Below, piece by piece: positions 26,132 through 36,206 of a stretch of DNA of 64,000 nucleotides (positions are counted from its first letter, which is position 1; each line of letters starts with the position of its first letter). The translations under genes and the position numbers were made by a program. The stretch lies in the IMG/VR virus record IMGVR_UViG_3300042350_002797, positions 1-64,000 of that record; one strand, 5' to 3'. The notes beneath the pieces were generated by a model. The model did not search any database. It saw only the letters and a program-made list of their open reading frames with translations, and had not been told where the DNA came from.

Positions 26132-26386
26132 TTAATTTTCGTAATCGTCCCAGTCGTCTTCTGAATCTTCATCGTCGTGGTCTTCTGAATCTTCATCTAA
26201 GTAATACTCAATAGCTTCGTCTAATGCTTCATCGAAACCAATAGCTGAGTGAAGTACTTTATCACTAATACCGTTATCTGCTAACAAATCCACATATCGT
26301 TCGGCTGCTAATTCTATTGTTTTTTTATCTAAATATTCTTTAAACAGCATCCAAATATCTGCAATCTGATTTTCATTCATGTTCAA
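26132..26386 (-). CDS. Small acidic hypothetical protein
   Basis: 84-aa ORF with D/E-rich tail. Confidence 0.7.
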   Translation of the reverse strand: MNMNENQIADIWMLFKEYLDKKTIELAAERYVDLLADNGISDKVLHSAIGFDEALDEAIEYYLDEDSEDHDDEDSEDDWDDYEN

Positions 26387-27422
26387 CTAACTCCTCTGAT
26401 ATAGTTACTTTTATTTTATCAAAATCTACCATTAATTTATCTAAGCAGTTTTCTTCGTTACGTTCCCATTCTTTTCGATAATATTTAAGTATTTCTCCAT
26501 CGTTTGTTGTAAATGAAAGTCGGTTACCATCTTTTTTAAGATACCCTTTGGCTTCAGATAGATCTACTAATCCGCTGTAAGGATTCATACCTGTTTCATA
26601 AGGAATTTTTACTTGTACACTTTCAAAAGGTTTTGCGTATCGTGTTTTCATTACTTTACAAGCTGCACGAATTCCTCGTACTTCACTGATTTTATTGCCA
26701 TCTTCGTCCTCTTTTAGTTTCAACTTTTTCATGGCAACCACAATAGAACTTGCGTAAATGAATCCTTGTCCTCCTGAAATCTTGTCGTCAGGATCGAACA
26801 TATCTTGACTAGCATATGTGTGATTTGTAGCGATAAGACCAACATTAGCACTACCAAACATATTAACACAATTACGAACCAGCGCCGTGAGCGCCTTAGG
26901 TTTTCTGCCCATATCACCTTTTAAATCTCCTGCTTCAAATTGATTAACATCTGTAGGTGTTAACAACATTCCAAGACTGTCAATTACAAACAAGACTTTT
27001 GGACGATCCTCCATTGTTCTATATTCCTTCATAAACTCATTTATAGTTTTTGCTACATCGTCAATCATAGCCATATTAAGTTTAAGAAGTTTTTCTTCGC
27101 TAGTATCTACGCCAAGTGCCTTCAACCAATCTTCATCAAGTGCATTTTCACTATCAATTAAAATTACATATATGCCTTGTTCTTGTGCATGTCTGACTAA
27201 ATTACCCGAACAAATGTAACTTTTGCCAGCGCCACTTTCTCCTGCAAATACAGTAACTTTGCCCAGCGGAACGCCTTTGTTAAAGTCTCCGCTAATAAGA
27301 TAGTTCAATGCATAATTTCCTGTTGAAACCCAATCTGTAGGATCGTTGAATCCTACACCCAACCCGTCAATACTTTTAGTTAATGTCTTACGAAATTTTG
27401 TTAAATCAAATGCTTTTGCCAT
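26373..27422 (-). CDS. uvsX: RecA-like recombinase UvsX
   Basis: GESGAGKS, IDSENA, VIDSLG, TNHTY, GGQG. Confidence 0.93.
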   Translation of the reverse strand: MAKAFDLTKFRKTLTKSIDGLGVGFNDPTDWVSTGNYALNYLISGDFNKGVPLGKVTVFAGESGAGKSYICSGNLVRHAQEQGIYVILIDSENALDEDWLKALGVDTSEEKLLKLNMAMIDDVAKTINEFMKEYRTMEDRPKVLFVIDSLGMLLTPTDVNQFEAGDLKGDMGRKPKALTALVRNCVNMFGSANVGLIATNHTYASQDMFDPDDKISGGQGFIYASSIVVAMKKLKLKEDEDGNKISEVRGIRAACKVMKTRYAKPFESVQVKIPYETGMNPYSGLVDLSEAKGYLKKDGNRLSFTTNDGEILKYYRKEWERNEENCLDKLMVDFDKIKVTISEELVEHE

Positions 27423-27440
27423 ATTAGTTCTCCCTATGTA

Positions 27441-27469
27441 ATAATAAAATAATAATTAATGCCTGTCAA
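27441..27469 (-). promoter_or_regulatory. sigma70-type promoter for uvsX
   Basis: TTGACA (27469-27464), 17 bp, TATTAT (27446-27441), GGGAG SD. Confidence 0.85.
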
Positions 27470-27478
27470 AGTTTTTGA

Positions 27479-28906
27479 TTATCTGCCGGCCTTAGTTTCT
27501 AATATTGTTTTGTACTGTTTGAACAATCGTTGTTCGTGATCGTACACATCTCCAAAATTGTTATAAACATACGAAATATCTTTATTGATACAATCCGTCA
27601 TGTTTATTCCGATAGTTTTAAAACTTCCTAAATTCCACATTGAAAATTTAGAATGTGCATCTACTACTCTGTTTAACAGTGCAGCAGTATTATATGCTTT
27701 AGTATAATTCCATTCGTTCCACTCCCAATTAAAAGGATTTTTTGGATCTTTCCATGTTATTTCGAATTGTTCTGAATTTTTTTCCCATAATCCTTGTTTT
27801 TGATCCTGCATCATGATCAAGGGTATAAACCAGTAAAATCCTAATTTTGTATTCTTTAACCAGTTAGCTGTTTCTAAAAGATGTTCAATATTTTCTCCTG
27901 GAAGACCAGCTATAAAATGACAATCTATGTGTGTATTTTTCCACTTATCTTGAATTTCTAATAAAAAGTCTTTACCGCGACGAGCACTCCAAGGTTTAGA
28001 TATTTTTTTAGCTGCATCTGGGTGAAATGTTTCTATACCGAATAATGCGCCTCTTTGTCCGCAATGATATAAAATATCTTGAGTATGAGAGTGCTTATCT
28101 AATAAATCTGCCCTATTATATGCTAAAAATTCTAATTTAAAAGGTAACTTATTATAAACTTTTTCTAAAGATTCTAACCTGTCCAAACTTGCGTTAAATG
28201 TATCATCTAAAAAATAATAACTAGTAGTTCCGAATCTTTCATACATTTCCACAAATTCGTCCACCATTAAGTTAATATCTTTTTCATCTGTTCCTGGTCT
28301 TTTTCCTAATCCAGGGTCTCTGCAGAATGTACATTGAAAGATACACCCTCGACCCCATTCAATAGGTAAACATTCACCAGGTAAAATACAATCATGATCT
28401 TTGTAAACGAATCTGTGATTACTTATATTAAAACTTTTTCGTTTAATCTTAGTTGCAAGACTTTGATTGCTTAATTCATCTAATAATTTTAGTAAGCTAT
28501 TTTCTGCATAAGGATCAAAATTTCTAAAATCAAAAATTTCAATATTTTGTGTTCGATAGCTTACCGGCCCACCTGCAATAGTTTTAATTTTAGGAAATTC
28601 TTTTTTTATTTCTCTAATAGCATATTCTATATTTTCAGGAACTGTAGGAATTCTAGCATTGTTCATTTTTAATTGCGAGTCCCAAGTAGTCCACATTGTA
28701 GTACTTGCGCCTATTAATAAAGTACCATCATCTATGAACATTTTAGTATATTCTAATAATTCTTGTGGGCTAAACAGATGTGTAAATTCTATTACCTGAC
28801 AAGTATAACCGTGTTCTTCTAACCATCTAGCTAAAGTATAACAAGCAATTGGTCTCCAAATAAAAGGTCTATACCCAATCTGACTGTAAAAAATTACATT
28901 TGCCAT
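27479..28906 (-). CDS. Cobalamin-binding-domain radical SAM enzyme
   Basis: GRGCIFQCTFC (CxxxCxxC), N-terminal B12-binding-like domain (IGASTT, AGGP), FLDDTF, FGIET, FIAGLPGE. Confidence 0.85.
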   Translation of the reverse strand: MANVIFYSQIGYRPFIWRPIACYTLARWLEEHGYTCQVIEFTHLFSPQELLEYTKMFIDDGTLLIGASTTMWTTWDSQLKMNNARIPTVPENIEYAIREIKKEFPKIKTIAGGPVSYRTQNIEIFDFRNFDPYAENSLLKLLDELSNQSLATKIKRKSFNISNHRFVYKDHDCILPGECLPIEWGRGCIFQCTFCRDPGLGKRPGTDEKDINLMVDEFVEMYERFGTTSYYFLDDTFNASLDRLESLEKVYNKLPFKLEFLAYNRADLLDKHSHTQDILYHCGQRGALFGIETFHPDAAKKISKPWSARRGKDFLLEIQDKWKNTHIDCHFIAGLPGENIEHLLETANWLKNTKLGFYWFIPLIMMQDQKQGLWEKNSEQFEITWKDPKNPFNWEWNEWNYTKAYNTAALLNRVVDAHSKFSMWNLGSFKTIGINMTDCINKDISYVYNNFGDVYDHEQRLFKQYKTILETKAGR

Positions 28907-29664
28907 TAAAAAGAATAATTCATTTGAATAATAAGATCCCAGTACTTTTCTCTAGCTTTAATTGCCTGTAATGCTGCTTCGGTAGCTTCAGTTTGACGTT
29001 CTGTGTTATTATCACACAATTCTTCTAACAGCTTTCTTGCAGCTGGTCCATGTTCGTTACCATCTATTTCTACATGTCTTTTTAGATACCATTTAAATGT
29101 GTGGCTAGGTAAATCTGCATTTTCCAACTGATTTAATACTGATTGGAACTGTTCTGGCAATAAATCCTCACGTCCTAGTGCCAGAGCTGCACATATTATC
29201 CACGGTTTATCACTATCGACAAATTGTTTAGTCTGAGTCATGAAGTATTTTGCTGGATTAGGTACACGAGGGTGCTGAATAGCATTACTCCATCCTATAT
29301 TTTTAACTAAATTAGGCCATTGTTCTATCCATTCAGTATCAATGCCTATTTCCTTCATGGCAACAACATAACTTTCAAAATGACTTAGATGGCCAGTACC
29401 GTCTATTGTAATATCGCTCTCTTCTCCTAGAACGATTTCATTGATCCACCGTCTTGCACTAGCAGAATATTTTGGAGTCCAAGGACTTCCGCTAGGGGCT
29501 AAGTGTTGTTGTAATTGTTTAGTGAGACACATGAAATCCCAGACTGCATATACATGATTTTCCATAAAGATTTTAAGATCTTCAATACAACCAATGCTTT
29601 GTCTTGAGGTCAAGGGATGCTGTCGTAACTTCCACTGAGCAGATTCGATTAATTTCCAGTCCAT
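28906..29664 (-). CDS. DUF3050 / heme-oxygenase-like diiron protein (start re-called to ATG 29664)
   Basis: FMENHVYAVWDFM, INEIVLGEESD, SHFESY, GREDL, RHVEIDGNEHGP; longer call overlaps a terminator. Confidence 0.75.
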   Translation of the reverse strand: MDWKLIESAQWKLRQHPLTSRQSIGCIEDLKIFMENHVYAVWDFMCLTKQLQQHLAPSGSPWTPKYSASARRWINEIVLGEESDITIDGTGHLSHFESYVVAMKEIGIDTEWIEQWPNLVKNIGWSNAIQHPRVPNPAKYFMTQTKQFVDSDKPWIICAALALGREDLLPEQFQSVLNQLENADLPSHTFKWYLKRHVEIDGNEHGPAARKLLEELCDNNTERQTEATEAALQAIKAREKYWDLIIQMNYSF

Positions 29665-29669
29665 GATAT

Positions 29670-29698
29670 AAAAAAGGGTGCGGGAAAGCCGCACCCTT
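29670..29698 (-). terminator. Rho-independent terminator after gp32
   Basis: 10-bp stem AAGGGTGCGG/CCGCACCCTT, U tract on - strand. Confidence 0.85.
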
Positions 29699-29704
29699 CT
29701 AGTA

Positions 29705-30679
29705 TTACTTATTACGATTGCGAATCATTGCAAGAATATCTTCTGCCTTGCTAGATCCTCCACTGGTAGGAGGAGTCGCATCTTTTTTAGGTGACGATGT
29801 CGTAGTTGGTTCTTCAAAATCGTCTTCTAAGTCTGGACTAGTTTGTGGGTTAGCAGGCGCTGATATTTTAGCAACAGGGTCTCCTGTTGATTGACTCATT
29901 CCTGCTGGTTTGAAATATTGACCCCAGCGTTCCATATCAAACGGTTCGCCATCGACACTGGCCTCAAACATTTCTTTGATTACTTTAAGTTCTACTTCTG
30001 TAGGCTTCTTTGGCAAGTAATCTTTAAGTGCAAACAAGCCGTGTGTTTCTAAAGCTGAGACTTCTTTGTCATCAAGTGGACGACTACGACGACTCCACTT
30101 ACTGGTGCTATAATCTGCATAACCTCCTTTACTAGTCTTGATTAATTTAAAATCAACACCATTAATAGGATCAGTTGGTAGATCATCCATTTCTGGATCC
30201 AGCAATGCACCGCGAATAAGTTGGAATATCTGAGGTCCAATAATAAATCTACGAATTGGATTCTCTGGATGTTCAGTTTCCTTTAAACCATCTTCAACAA
30301 CAAAGCCTTGGAAAATATAACTGCGTTTTTTCCAGTATTTACGACCTTGATCTTCGAGACTTGGATCTTTAAACCACCCACGTACTTCATTAAGTATCGG
30401 ACAAGCTTCACCGTACATTTCCATACATGGAACATTTACTGTGACCTGTTTGCTTTCTGTTTGACCTTTAATTCCTGCGAAAGGAAGTTTGATCATTGCA
30501 CGTTCTACCCAGAAGAATGTGTTGTCTGAATTGCCATCTGGAAGGAAACGTACTGTGGATTCGGAACCTTCTTTTAAGTTCCAGAACGGATAAATTGAAT
30601 TATCTCCGCCTTTTGATTCGCCGCTGCTGCGGGTTTCTTGTTCTTTTAATTTCGCTCTGATTTCAGCTAAAGTTGCCAT
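29705..30679 (-). CDS. gp32: Single-stranded DNA-binding protein (T4 gp32-like)
   Basis: VRFLP, CPIL, YWKKRSY, DFKLIKTSKGGYADYSTSKW, acidic tail. Confidence 0.88.
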   Translation of the reverse strand: MATLAEIRAKLKEQETRSSGESKGGDNSIYPFWNLKEGSESTVRFLPDGNSDNTFFWVERAMIKLPFAGIKGQTESKQVTVNVPCMEMYGEACPILNEVRGWFKDPSLEDQGRKYWKKRSYIFQGFVVEDGLKETEHPENPIRRFIIGPQIFQLIRGALLDPEMDDLPTDPINGVDFKLIKTSKGGYADYSTSKWSRRSRPLDDKEVSALETHGLFALKDYLPKKPTEVELKVIKEMFEASVDGEPFDMERWGQYFKPAGMSQSTGDPVAKISAPANPQTSPDLEDDFEEPTTTSSPKKDATPPTSGGSSKAEDILAMIRNRNK

Positions 30680-30739
30680 GATTATCTCCTATTGTTAGCC
30701 TATATTTGCCTTTAGTTTGCTTTAGTACCCACTAAAACA

Positions 30740-30785
30740 AAAAACGCATACGGTGTATTGTATGCGTTTTTATTTAGTCTTGCAA
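30740..30785 (-). promoter_or_regulatory. Overlapping sigma70 promoter, late TAAATA motif and hairpin upstream of gp32
   Basis: TTGCAA (30785-30780), 17 bp, TACAAT (30762-30757); TAAATA in the spacer; 12-bp stem AAAAACGCATAC/GTATGCGTTTTT. Confidence 0.65.
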
Positions 30786-30821
30786 GAGATTTAACACTCT
30801 TTTTTTGATTTATTTTACCAA

Positions 30822-33278
30822 TTATTTAAGCCCTGCAATTCTAAGCATAGCTGCTAATTCGGAACTCTCTAATGAACGTAGGTTTCTATCTTGTTTTGTA
30901 ATACCTGGTCCCATTTTAGGCTGAGCCATTTGTCCACTTTGTGGTTTAGGTTGGGGTTGACCACCTTGTCCCATTTTTGGCGGTGGCTGAATTTTTTTAG
31001 GAGCCTGGTATCCTTTGCCAAAGGCACCACGATCGATTGGAAATTTTTGACTGGATTCTGGATCAACTTCGTCAGGTGTCTGAAATGACCCTGGTCCAGG
31101 TCCAGGATCTCTGAGAGTACCTTGCTGACCTGCTTGCTGACCTGCTTGGAAATTAGTTGCTAAATCTGATACACCTTGACGAATATTGCCAACTGTATCT
31201 CTTACACCTTTTTGTACTTTTCCAACTGCACTACCTGCCTTGTAGGCCAGATCGTCACCGAAGCCTTCTTCAAAATCATCTTTGGTGTTTACTGCTTTTG
31301 ACCCTTTATCTAATGCTTTGGTATCTTTGTCATGTGGATTTACATATGTTGATTTGGGATCAAATTGGGTTGCTATCTCTTTTCTGTTAGCCTTGTCAAC
31401 ATCGTACATACTAGGTGATGTTTTAGTTTGTGTTGTTTTTGACGCAGAAGAATTTCCTACTTCACCTAAACCAGATAATTCTTGAATTCGACGCATTTCT
31501 GCTTGTGTCATTAATTCATTCATAATGTGCTTGGCTTTACCTAAAGCTTCTTCACCAAATTTTTTCTCTACTGAAATTAATACGCCAGTTGGTCCTTTTG
31601 GTGTGTTGCCGTTTTCGTCAAACATACTTTTAACAAATTCTACTACTTCGTCGCCACTATCTGCATATCCTTGATCGAAAAATTCATTTACATTTAATCC
31701 AGCTCGTTGTATAGCATCTGCTAACGATACTTCTTCTCCAAATAATGTAAATGTATCTTCTGCTGTCATACCTGCTCTTTTTGCACGTTCTACTACTCGT
31801 TTAATATTTTCAGCCATGGCTACTCCTGGTGTTGTTGGCATACTAGGTGGTACAGCAGGAGCTGCTGCTTCTGGCGGAGGTGCGGCAGGTGCTGGCTCTG
31901 CTGTTGGTTCAGGTGCTGGTTCTGCTGAAAAATTAAGTTTACTTAAAACATCCGTTCCGTTTTCTTGATCTTTAATAGTAACATAATCTTTGATAATATT
32001 TCTTACATCCGAATCAGGGTTAATATCAGCTAATTCTTTAAACACATCGACAAGCTCTTTATCATCTATAATTTCTGACAAACTTTCAATGGCATTTGTG
32101 CCATCTGTTCCTACTGGAAATTCTTGAGCTAGCAAACTGTTTAATTTTTCAATAGCCACCGATTGTTCTTCTTGATTATTACTAAAAATATCGGGACCTT
32201 CACCTAAAATTTTGTTAAGATAATTTTCAAATTGTTGTTCTACATCTAAAGAATGTTTTTCAATAGATACTGGTGCGGAAGATAAATTGCCAGTTTCTTC
32301 TACTGAAACAAATTCGTCAAAATTCATTTCTTTTATTGGATCAATATCTTGGCCGACTATTTTATAAATGTAAGGAAATACACCTTTTAATTCTTCATTA
32401 AATGTCTTAATTGTTAACCTGTCTACCCAATCGTTAATAATGTCTTCTGGAATTTCTTGTACTTCTGATTTAGTAAACGATTCACTAAAACTCTGATAAT
32501 AAGAGTGTTTTTGTAACTGATTTATTTCTTTTTTAACTTCTTCTATTCTTTCAATTACTCTTACAGTAATGTCACTCATTGCTTCTGACACAACCGGAGT
32601 TCTTCCTACATAACCCTTAAATTTTCTAAGATTAGACAATTCTTCGCTGAGACTAACAATATATTGACCGATATCGTCGTAAGGAATGCCGCCGTTTCTA
32701 ATATGTTCGGCCATAGCCCTTGCACCGTTAATATGGCGCATTGGGTATTTAAATCTTTCCCCTTGAGCATTTTCAATATAAATGCTTTCGATGTGCATGG
32801 TTCTACCAGCTGGGATGTTTGGATTAATTGGCTGAGTATGTCTAATAATTAACTTAGTCTCTCCTAAGTCCTGATAACTGGTTTTTAAACTACCCTGCAA
32901 CTTACTTTCAGTCATTTGTGAATCTCCACGTTTTTGAATATTTGTTAGGTTCAAATCTCTCACTTCAAAATTAAGAATCTTTTGTTTAGCAAATTTTCGT
33001 AATTCTTCTATAAAATTAAACCATATAGTTTTTATTCTGCTGGATTGATCTTTAATTACATCATTGCTAAACATTACTGTAAGACCGTCTTCTTCGGTAA
33101 GATCAATTCTAATACTGCCCAACGATATATTATTCTTTTTGAATTCAAAATCGAACTGACGAGCTAATTTTTCTTCGTCAGTAGGGTTTCCTTCTGCATC
33201 TTTTAAGCTGACCTTAGGAAAGGTGGATCTTAATTTTGCAAACAGTTCTTGAGCAGCTAAATCTAAGTTTTTTTCCAT
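30822..33278 (-). CDS. Large acidic hypothetical protein, probably virion/head-associated
   Basis: 818 aa, Pro/Ala linker, Q/P/G-rich tail, late promoter, next to terminase. Confidence 0.7.
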   Translation of the reverse strand: MEKNLDLAAQELFAKLRSTFPKVSLKDAEGNPTDEEKLARQFDFEFKKNNISLGSIRIDLTEEDGLTVMFSNDVIKDQSSRIKTIWFNFIEELRKFAKQKILNFEVRDLNLTNIQKRGDSQMTESKLQGSLKTSYQDLGETKLIIRHTQPINPNIPAGRTMHIESIYIENAQGERFKYPMRHINGARAMAEHIRNGGIPYDDIGQYIVSLSEELSNLRKFKGYVGRTPVVSEAMSDITVRVIERIEEVKKEINQLQKHSYYQSFSESFTKSEVQEIPEDIINDWVDRLTIKTFNEELKGVFPYIYKIVGQDIDPIKEMNFDEFVSVEETGNLSSAPVSIEKHSLDVEQQFENYLNKILGEGPDIFSNNQEEQSVAIEKLNSLLAQEFPVGTDGTNAIESLSEIIDDKELVDVFKELADINPDSDVRNIIKDYVTIKDQENGTDVLSKLNFSAEPAPEPTAEPAPAAPPPEAAAPAVPPSMPTTPGVAMAENIKRVVERAKRAGMTAEDTFTLFGEEVSLADAIQRAGLNVNEFFDQGYADSGDEVVEFVKSMFDENGNTPKGPTGVLISVEKKFGEEALGKAKHIMNELMTQAEMRRIQELSGLGEVGNSSASKTTQTKTSPSMYDVDKANRKEIATQFDPKSTYVNPHDKDTKALDKGSKAVNTKDDFEEGFGDDLAYKAGSAVGKVQKGVRDTVGNIRQGVSDLATNFQAGQQAGQQGTLRDPGPGPGSFQTPDEVDPESSQKFPIDRGAFGKGYQAPKKIQPPPKMGQGGQPQPKPQSGQMAQPKMGPGITKQDRNLRSLESSELAAMLRIAGLK

Positions 33279-33286
33279 ACTGATAT

Positions 33287-34885
33287 TTATCCAAGCATAC
33301 TTGAAACAAAAATGGGCATAGGAAGCTCGTAATCCTCATCCTCTAAGCCCTCATTAGAACTGAAAGTATCAAAGACTCTGCTATCCCAATCTGCTAAAAC
33401 TTGGCTCATACGTACAATAAGCAGTAATGCACTTACTAAATCGTCTTGTTCTCCAGCTTTAGCTTTAAATGTAATACCGGCGGCTACAAATGCTTTAAGC
33501 TCCGATATAAGAGGTTTAGAGTGAATCTTCATTTTACCTGATTCTACAAGGTATTTTAATCTTGCTGCCGCAGAAATTTTAGTTTTATGTGTAGTATTGA
33601 ACCCTTTTCTAAATTTTCTCACATGCCCTTTTCTTATAGGTTCGCTGACAAAAAGACCTGGAAAATGTTCTTCTCCTATGTCTCTAATACAGATTAGTCC
33701 AGCTTCTCCAATATTGTTATTTTCTAAGCTCCAATATATATTTCGACTATTATCATCGCCTACACAATCTTGTAAGTATTTTAATATTTCTTTTAAAATT
33801 TTTATTTGTCCTTGAATAGGAGTCAAATTATGCTGCCATTCGGCAACCTGAATGAAACTAGGTAGTTCGAACACTTGAATGCCTGCACTATTGCCACCAG
33901 TGCCTAAACTTGGATCTAACGCAATTGCATAAATGTGATCTTTGCTAGGAGTCTTGTACCAGCGTGTTTGCCCCATGTTCATTATAGGTTGCTTGCCGTC
34001 TAATCCGGCAAGACAAATACTGCTAATTAGAGTTTCGTCATAAATTAAGAATTCGCAATTATATTCTCTACGAAATCGTTCTTCACCAATGCGTCCACGT
34101 TCTTGTGAAGCCCATGCATCGTCACGATCTGGATGTTCATCCCAAGTACATGTAAAAGGAAAAAAGCCGTTAACTCCTACATCTTGTTCATTGCCAAATT
34201 CGTCAAATTTTTTGTTAGCTTCTTTCCAAATTGTAGCAAAGGTATCTTCGTCACTGTTAGGGGTACTAGTGATAATAGCTTTACCACCAGTAGCCAATGT
34301 CGGAGAAATTGATGTCCAAAATTCGTCAGCAATATTAGGTGGTACAAAAGCAAACTCATCACAGTATAGTAATGAAATACTCATACCACGACCTGTATTA
34401 CCTGTAGTAGTAGTTGATATAATACGACTACCATTATCAAACTCAATACTGCCTTTGTTATAGTTAATTACACCGCAGCGTATATGGTCTGGACAAAGCT
34501 CGTAGGCATAACGAACACGTTGCATGATTTCCTGCGAACCTGTATATTTGTGTGCAGAGATTAATATAGTCTGGTCCGGGTGAAACATAGCATACCACAA
34601 TAAGTATCCGGCGGCACAGGTAGTTTTACCCATTTGCCTAGGTAACATATTAATATTAAATCTATGCCCGTGATATGCATCTAATAATCTTGACTGATAG
34701 TCATACGGCTCGAACAGCATTTTTCCTTTTACAGGGTGCTGTATGTAAAAAAAGTTGTCGCAAAAATAATGATACCCGTTGTCAGTATCTGCACATTTTA
34801 ACAGATCCTCTATTTGAAGTTCTGTAAAGGTTTCTTTTGTGTGTGCCTTTTTAGTTAGGACACCATCCAAACTTTTGCTTGCCAT
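33287..34885 (-). CDS. gp17: Terminase large subunit (T4 gp17-like)
   Basis: PRQMGKTT Walker A, LYCDEFAF Walker B, ITSTPN, ALDPSLG nuclease, QDDLVSA. Confidence 0.95.
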   Translation of the reverse strand: MASKSLDGVLTKKAHTKETFTELQIEDLLKCADTDNGYHYFCDNFFYIQHPVKGKMLFEPYDYQSRLLDAYHGHRFNINMLPRQMGKTTCAAGYLLWYAMFHPDQTILISAHKYTGSQEIMQRVRYAYELCPDHIRCGVINYNKGSIEFDNGSRIISTTTTGNTGRGMSISLLYCDEFAFVPPNIADEFWTSISPTLATGGKAIITSTPNSDEDTFATIWKEANKKFDEFGNEQDVGVNGFFPFTCTWDEHPDRDDAWASQERGRIGEERFRREYNCEFLIYDETLISSICLAGLDGKQPIMNMGQTRWYKTPSKDHIYAIALDPSLGTGGNSAGIQVFELPSFIQVAEWQHNLTPIQGQIKILKEILKYLQDCVGDDNSRNIYWSLENNNIGEAGLICIRDIGEEHFPGLFVSEPIRKGHVRKFRKGFNTTHKTKISAAARLKYLVESGKMKIHSKPLISELKAFVAAGITFKAKAGEQDDLVSALLLIVRMSQVLADWDSRVFDTFSSNEGLEDEDYELPMPIFVSSMLG

Positions 34886-34897
34886 AGTTTTATTTAC

Positions 34898-34926
34898 AAA
34901 AAAATAGCCCCTTAATGGGGCTATTT
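34898..34926 (-). terminator. Rho-independent terminator
   Basis: AAATAGCCCC-TTAAT-GGGGCTATTT with adjacent A run (U tract on -). Confidence 0.8.
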
Positions 34927-34944
34927 GGTTAGTAGCGTATGTTT

Positions 34945-35583
34945 TTAACTGCGATTTTTTATGTCTTCATACATTGCATGAAGTTTTGTTTTGTAGCTTT
35001 CTAAAGCCATAGGATTATCACCTCTATATGGTTTATCGCTGTAGCTGTCTTTTGATTTGTGAAGATCGTCACCGTGATCTATAGGAAAATTATCTTGTCC
35101 TAGTTGAACGTCTGGACTATTAGCATATTCATCACCTAGTACCGGTTCTTTCTTCATTACCATCATACCTGGCATGTCAATGCCAGGAGAATCCATGTCA
35201 TGGTCTCCATGATCGTGATCTATAGAATCGTCGCCCTTTTCTAAGTTTCTAAGAATATTCATTAGGTCCCTAATTCCGCCGCTGCCTGATCCGTTCATAC
35301 TAACATTCATGCTAACATTATCTTGTTGCTTGTTCATGCTAGGCATACTCATTGGTCCCATGCCACATTCGTCCATATCTTGTTCTAATTGATCTGCTAA
35401 AACATCAAGACTCTCGTCTTTTTTACCCATTGCCTGTTTGATAGCTTTGTCTTTAGATCCCATGTACTCGTCTTTGCCTGATTCAATTTCGCCGTCACCG
35501 TCGTAATCTTTATCTGCTTTATCTGATTCTTGCACTGGCTGGTCTAATTCAGCCATGCGAGCCATTAATTCTTGAAAATTCAT
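34945..35583 (-). CDS. Acidic low-complexity protein, probably prohead core/internal
   Basis: D/E/M/G-rich, DKDYDGDGEIES motif, located in the packaging block. Confidence 0.6.
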   Translation of the reverse strand: MNFQELMARMAELDQPVQESDKADKDYDGDGEIESGKDEYMGSKDKAIKQAMGKKDESLDVLADQLEQDMDECGMGPMSMPSMNKQQDNVSMNVSMNGSGSGGIRDLMNILRNLEKGDDSIDHDHGDHDMDSPGIDMPGMMVMKKEPVLGDEYANSPDVQLGQDNFPIDHGDDLHKSKDSYSDKPYRGDNPMALESYKTKLHAMYEDIKNRS

Positions 35584-36185
35584 TTTGTTTTTCCTTTTAA
35601 CACACTTTGCGAAGCAGAAACTTTTTCTGTCGATGATGCTTTTTCTTTTGGTGAAGATTTAGCAAGTATTTTATCATTTACACCCTTGTATTGTGTTGGC
35701 TGAGTTTCTTTACTAATCTTAGCTAATTCTTTGAGCAGACTGCTGATCTTTTTCTCTCCTACTAACTCTTGATTATTTTCTTTTTGATAATCTTGACTTA
35801 GTAATGCAGATTTTTTACTGTCGTCAGACATATGTTCATTGTTTAATTCAACTTCATCTTCTTCTTTTAAACTACGCACACGTAAGCAGCAGGGATCTAT
35901 ACCTGTTTGTTCTGACATGTAAGCAGTTAGCACTTGACTAGTTGTAGGATAATCTAATTCTACATCAAAAATGGTCATGTGGGTGTTTTCTAGTGTAGGA
36001 AAATCTGACAATTTTGCCTGTATTGGTGTAGTTTTTCCTTTGCTAAAACTAGACACTTTATACTTGTCCAAAGCAGCCTTCATAGTATCTTCTATATGCT
36101 CGGGTAATTCCCCAGCAATTTTAATTTTAAAAGAGTACTTTTTTTCTTCTACACTTTCAGTAAGATATTCTTTAAACGATTTCAT
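35580..36185 (-). CDS. Hypothetical late protein
   Basis: MKSFKEYLTE N-terminus; TAAATA plus AGGA leader. Confidence 0.7.
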   Translation of the reverse strand: MKSFKEYLTESVEEKKYSFKIKIAGELPEHIEDTMKAALDKYKVSSFSKGKTTPIQAKLSDFPTLENTHMTIFDVELDYPTTSQVLTAYMSEQTGIDPCCLRVRSLKEEDEVELNNEHMSDDSKKSALLSQDYQKENNQELVGEKKISSLLKELAKISKETQPTQYKGVNDKILAKSSPKEKASSTEKVSASQSVLKGKTK

Positions 36186-36206
36186 ATAGCAGTCCTAATA
36201 GTGTAT

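Noticed and set aside
29665-29694. ORF-track N-terminal extension of the DUF3050 gene
   Set aside because: It runs through the gp32 terminator hairpin; ATG 29664 is the more plausible start.
31855-31925. Pro/Ala-rich repeat (PAPEPTAEPAPAAPPPEAAAP)
   Set aside because: Ordinary low-complexity linker within a CDS.
33287-34885. Intron or intein in terminase, helicase or UvsX
   Set aside because: Lengths are ordinary and I see no intein C1/HN motifs or frame breaks.
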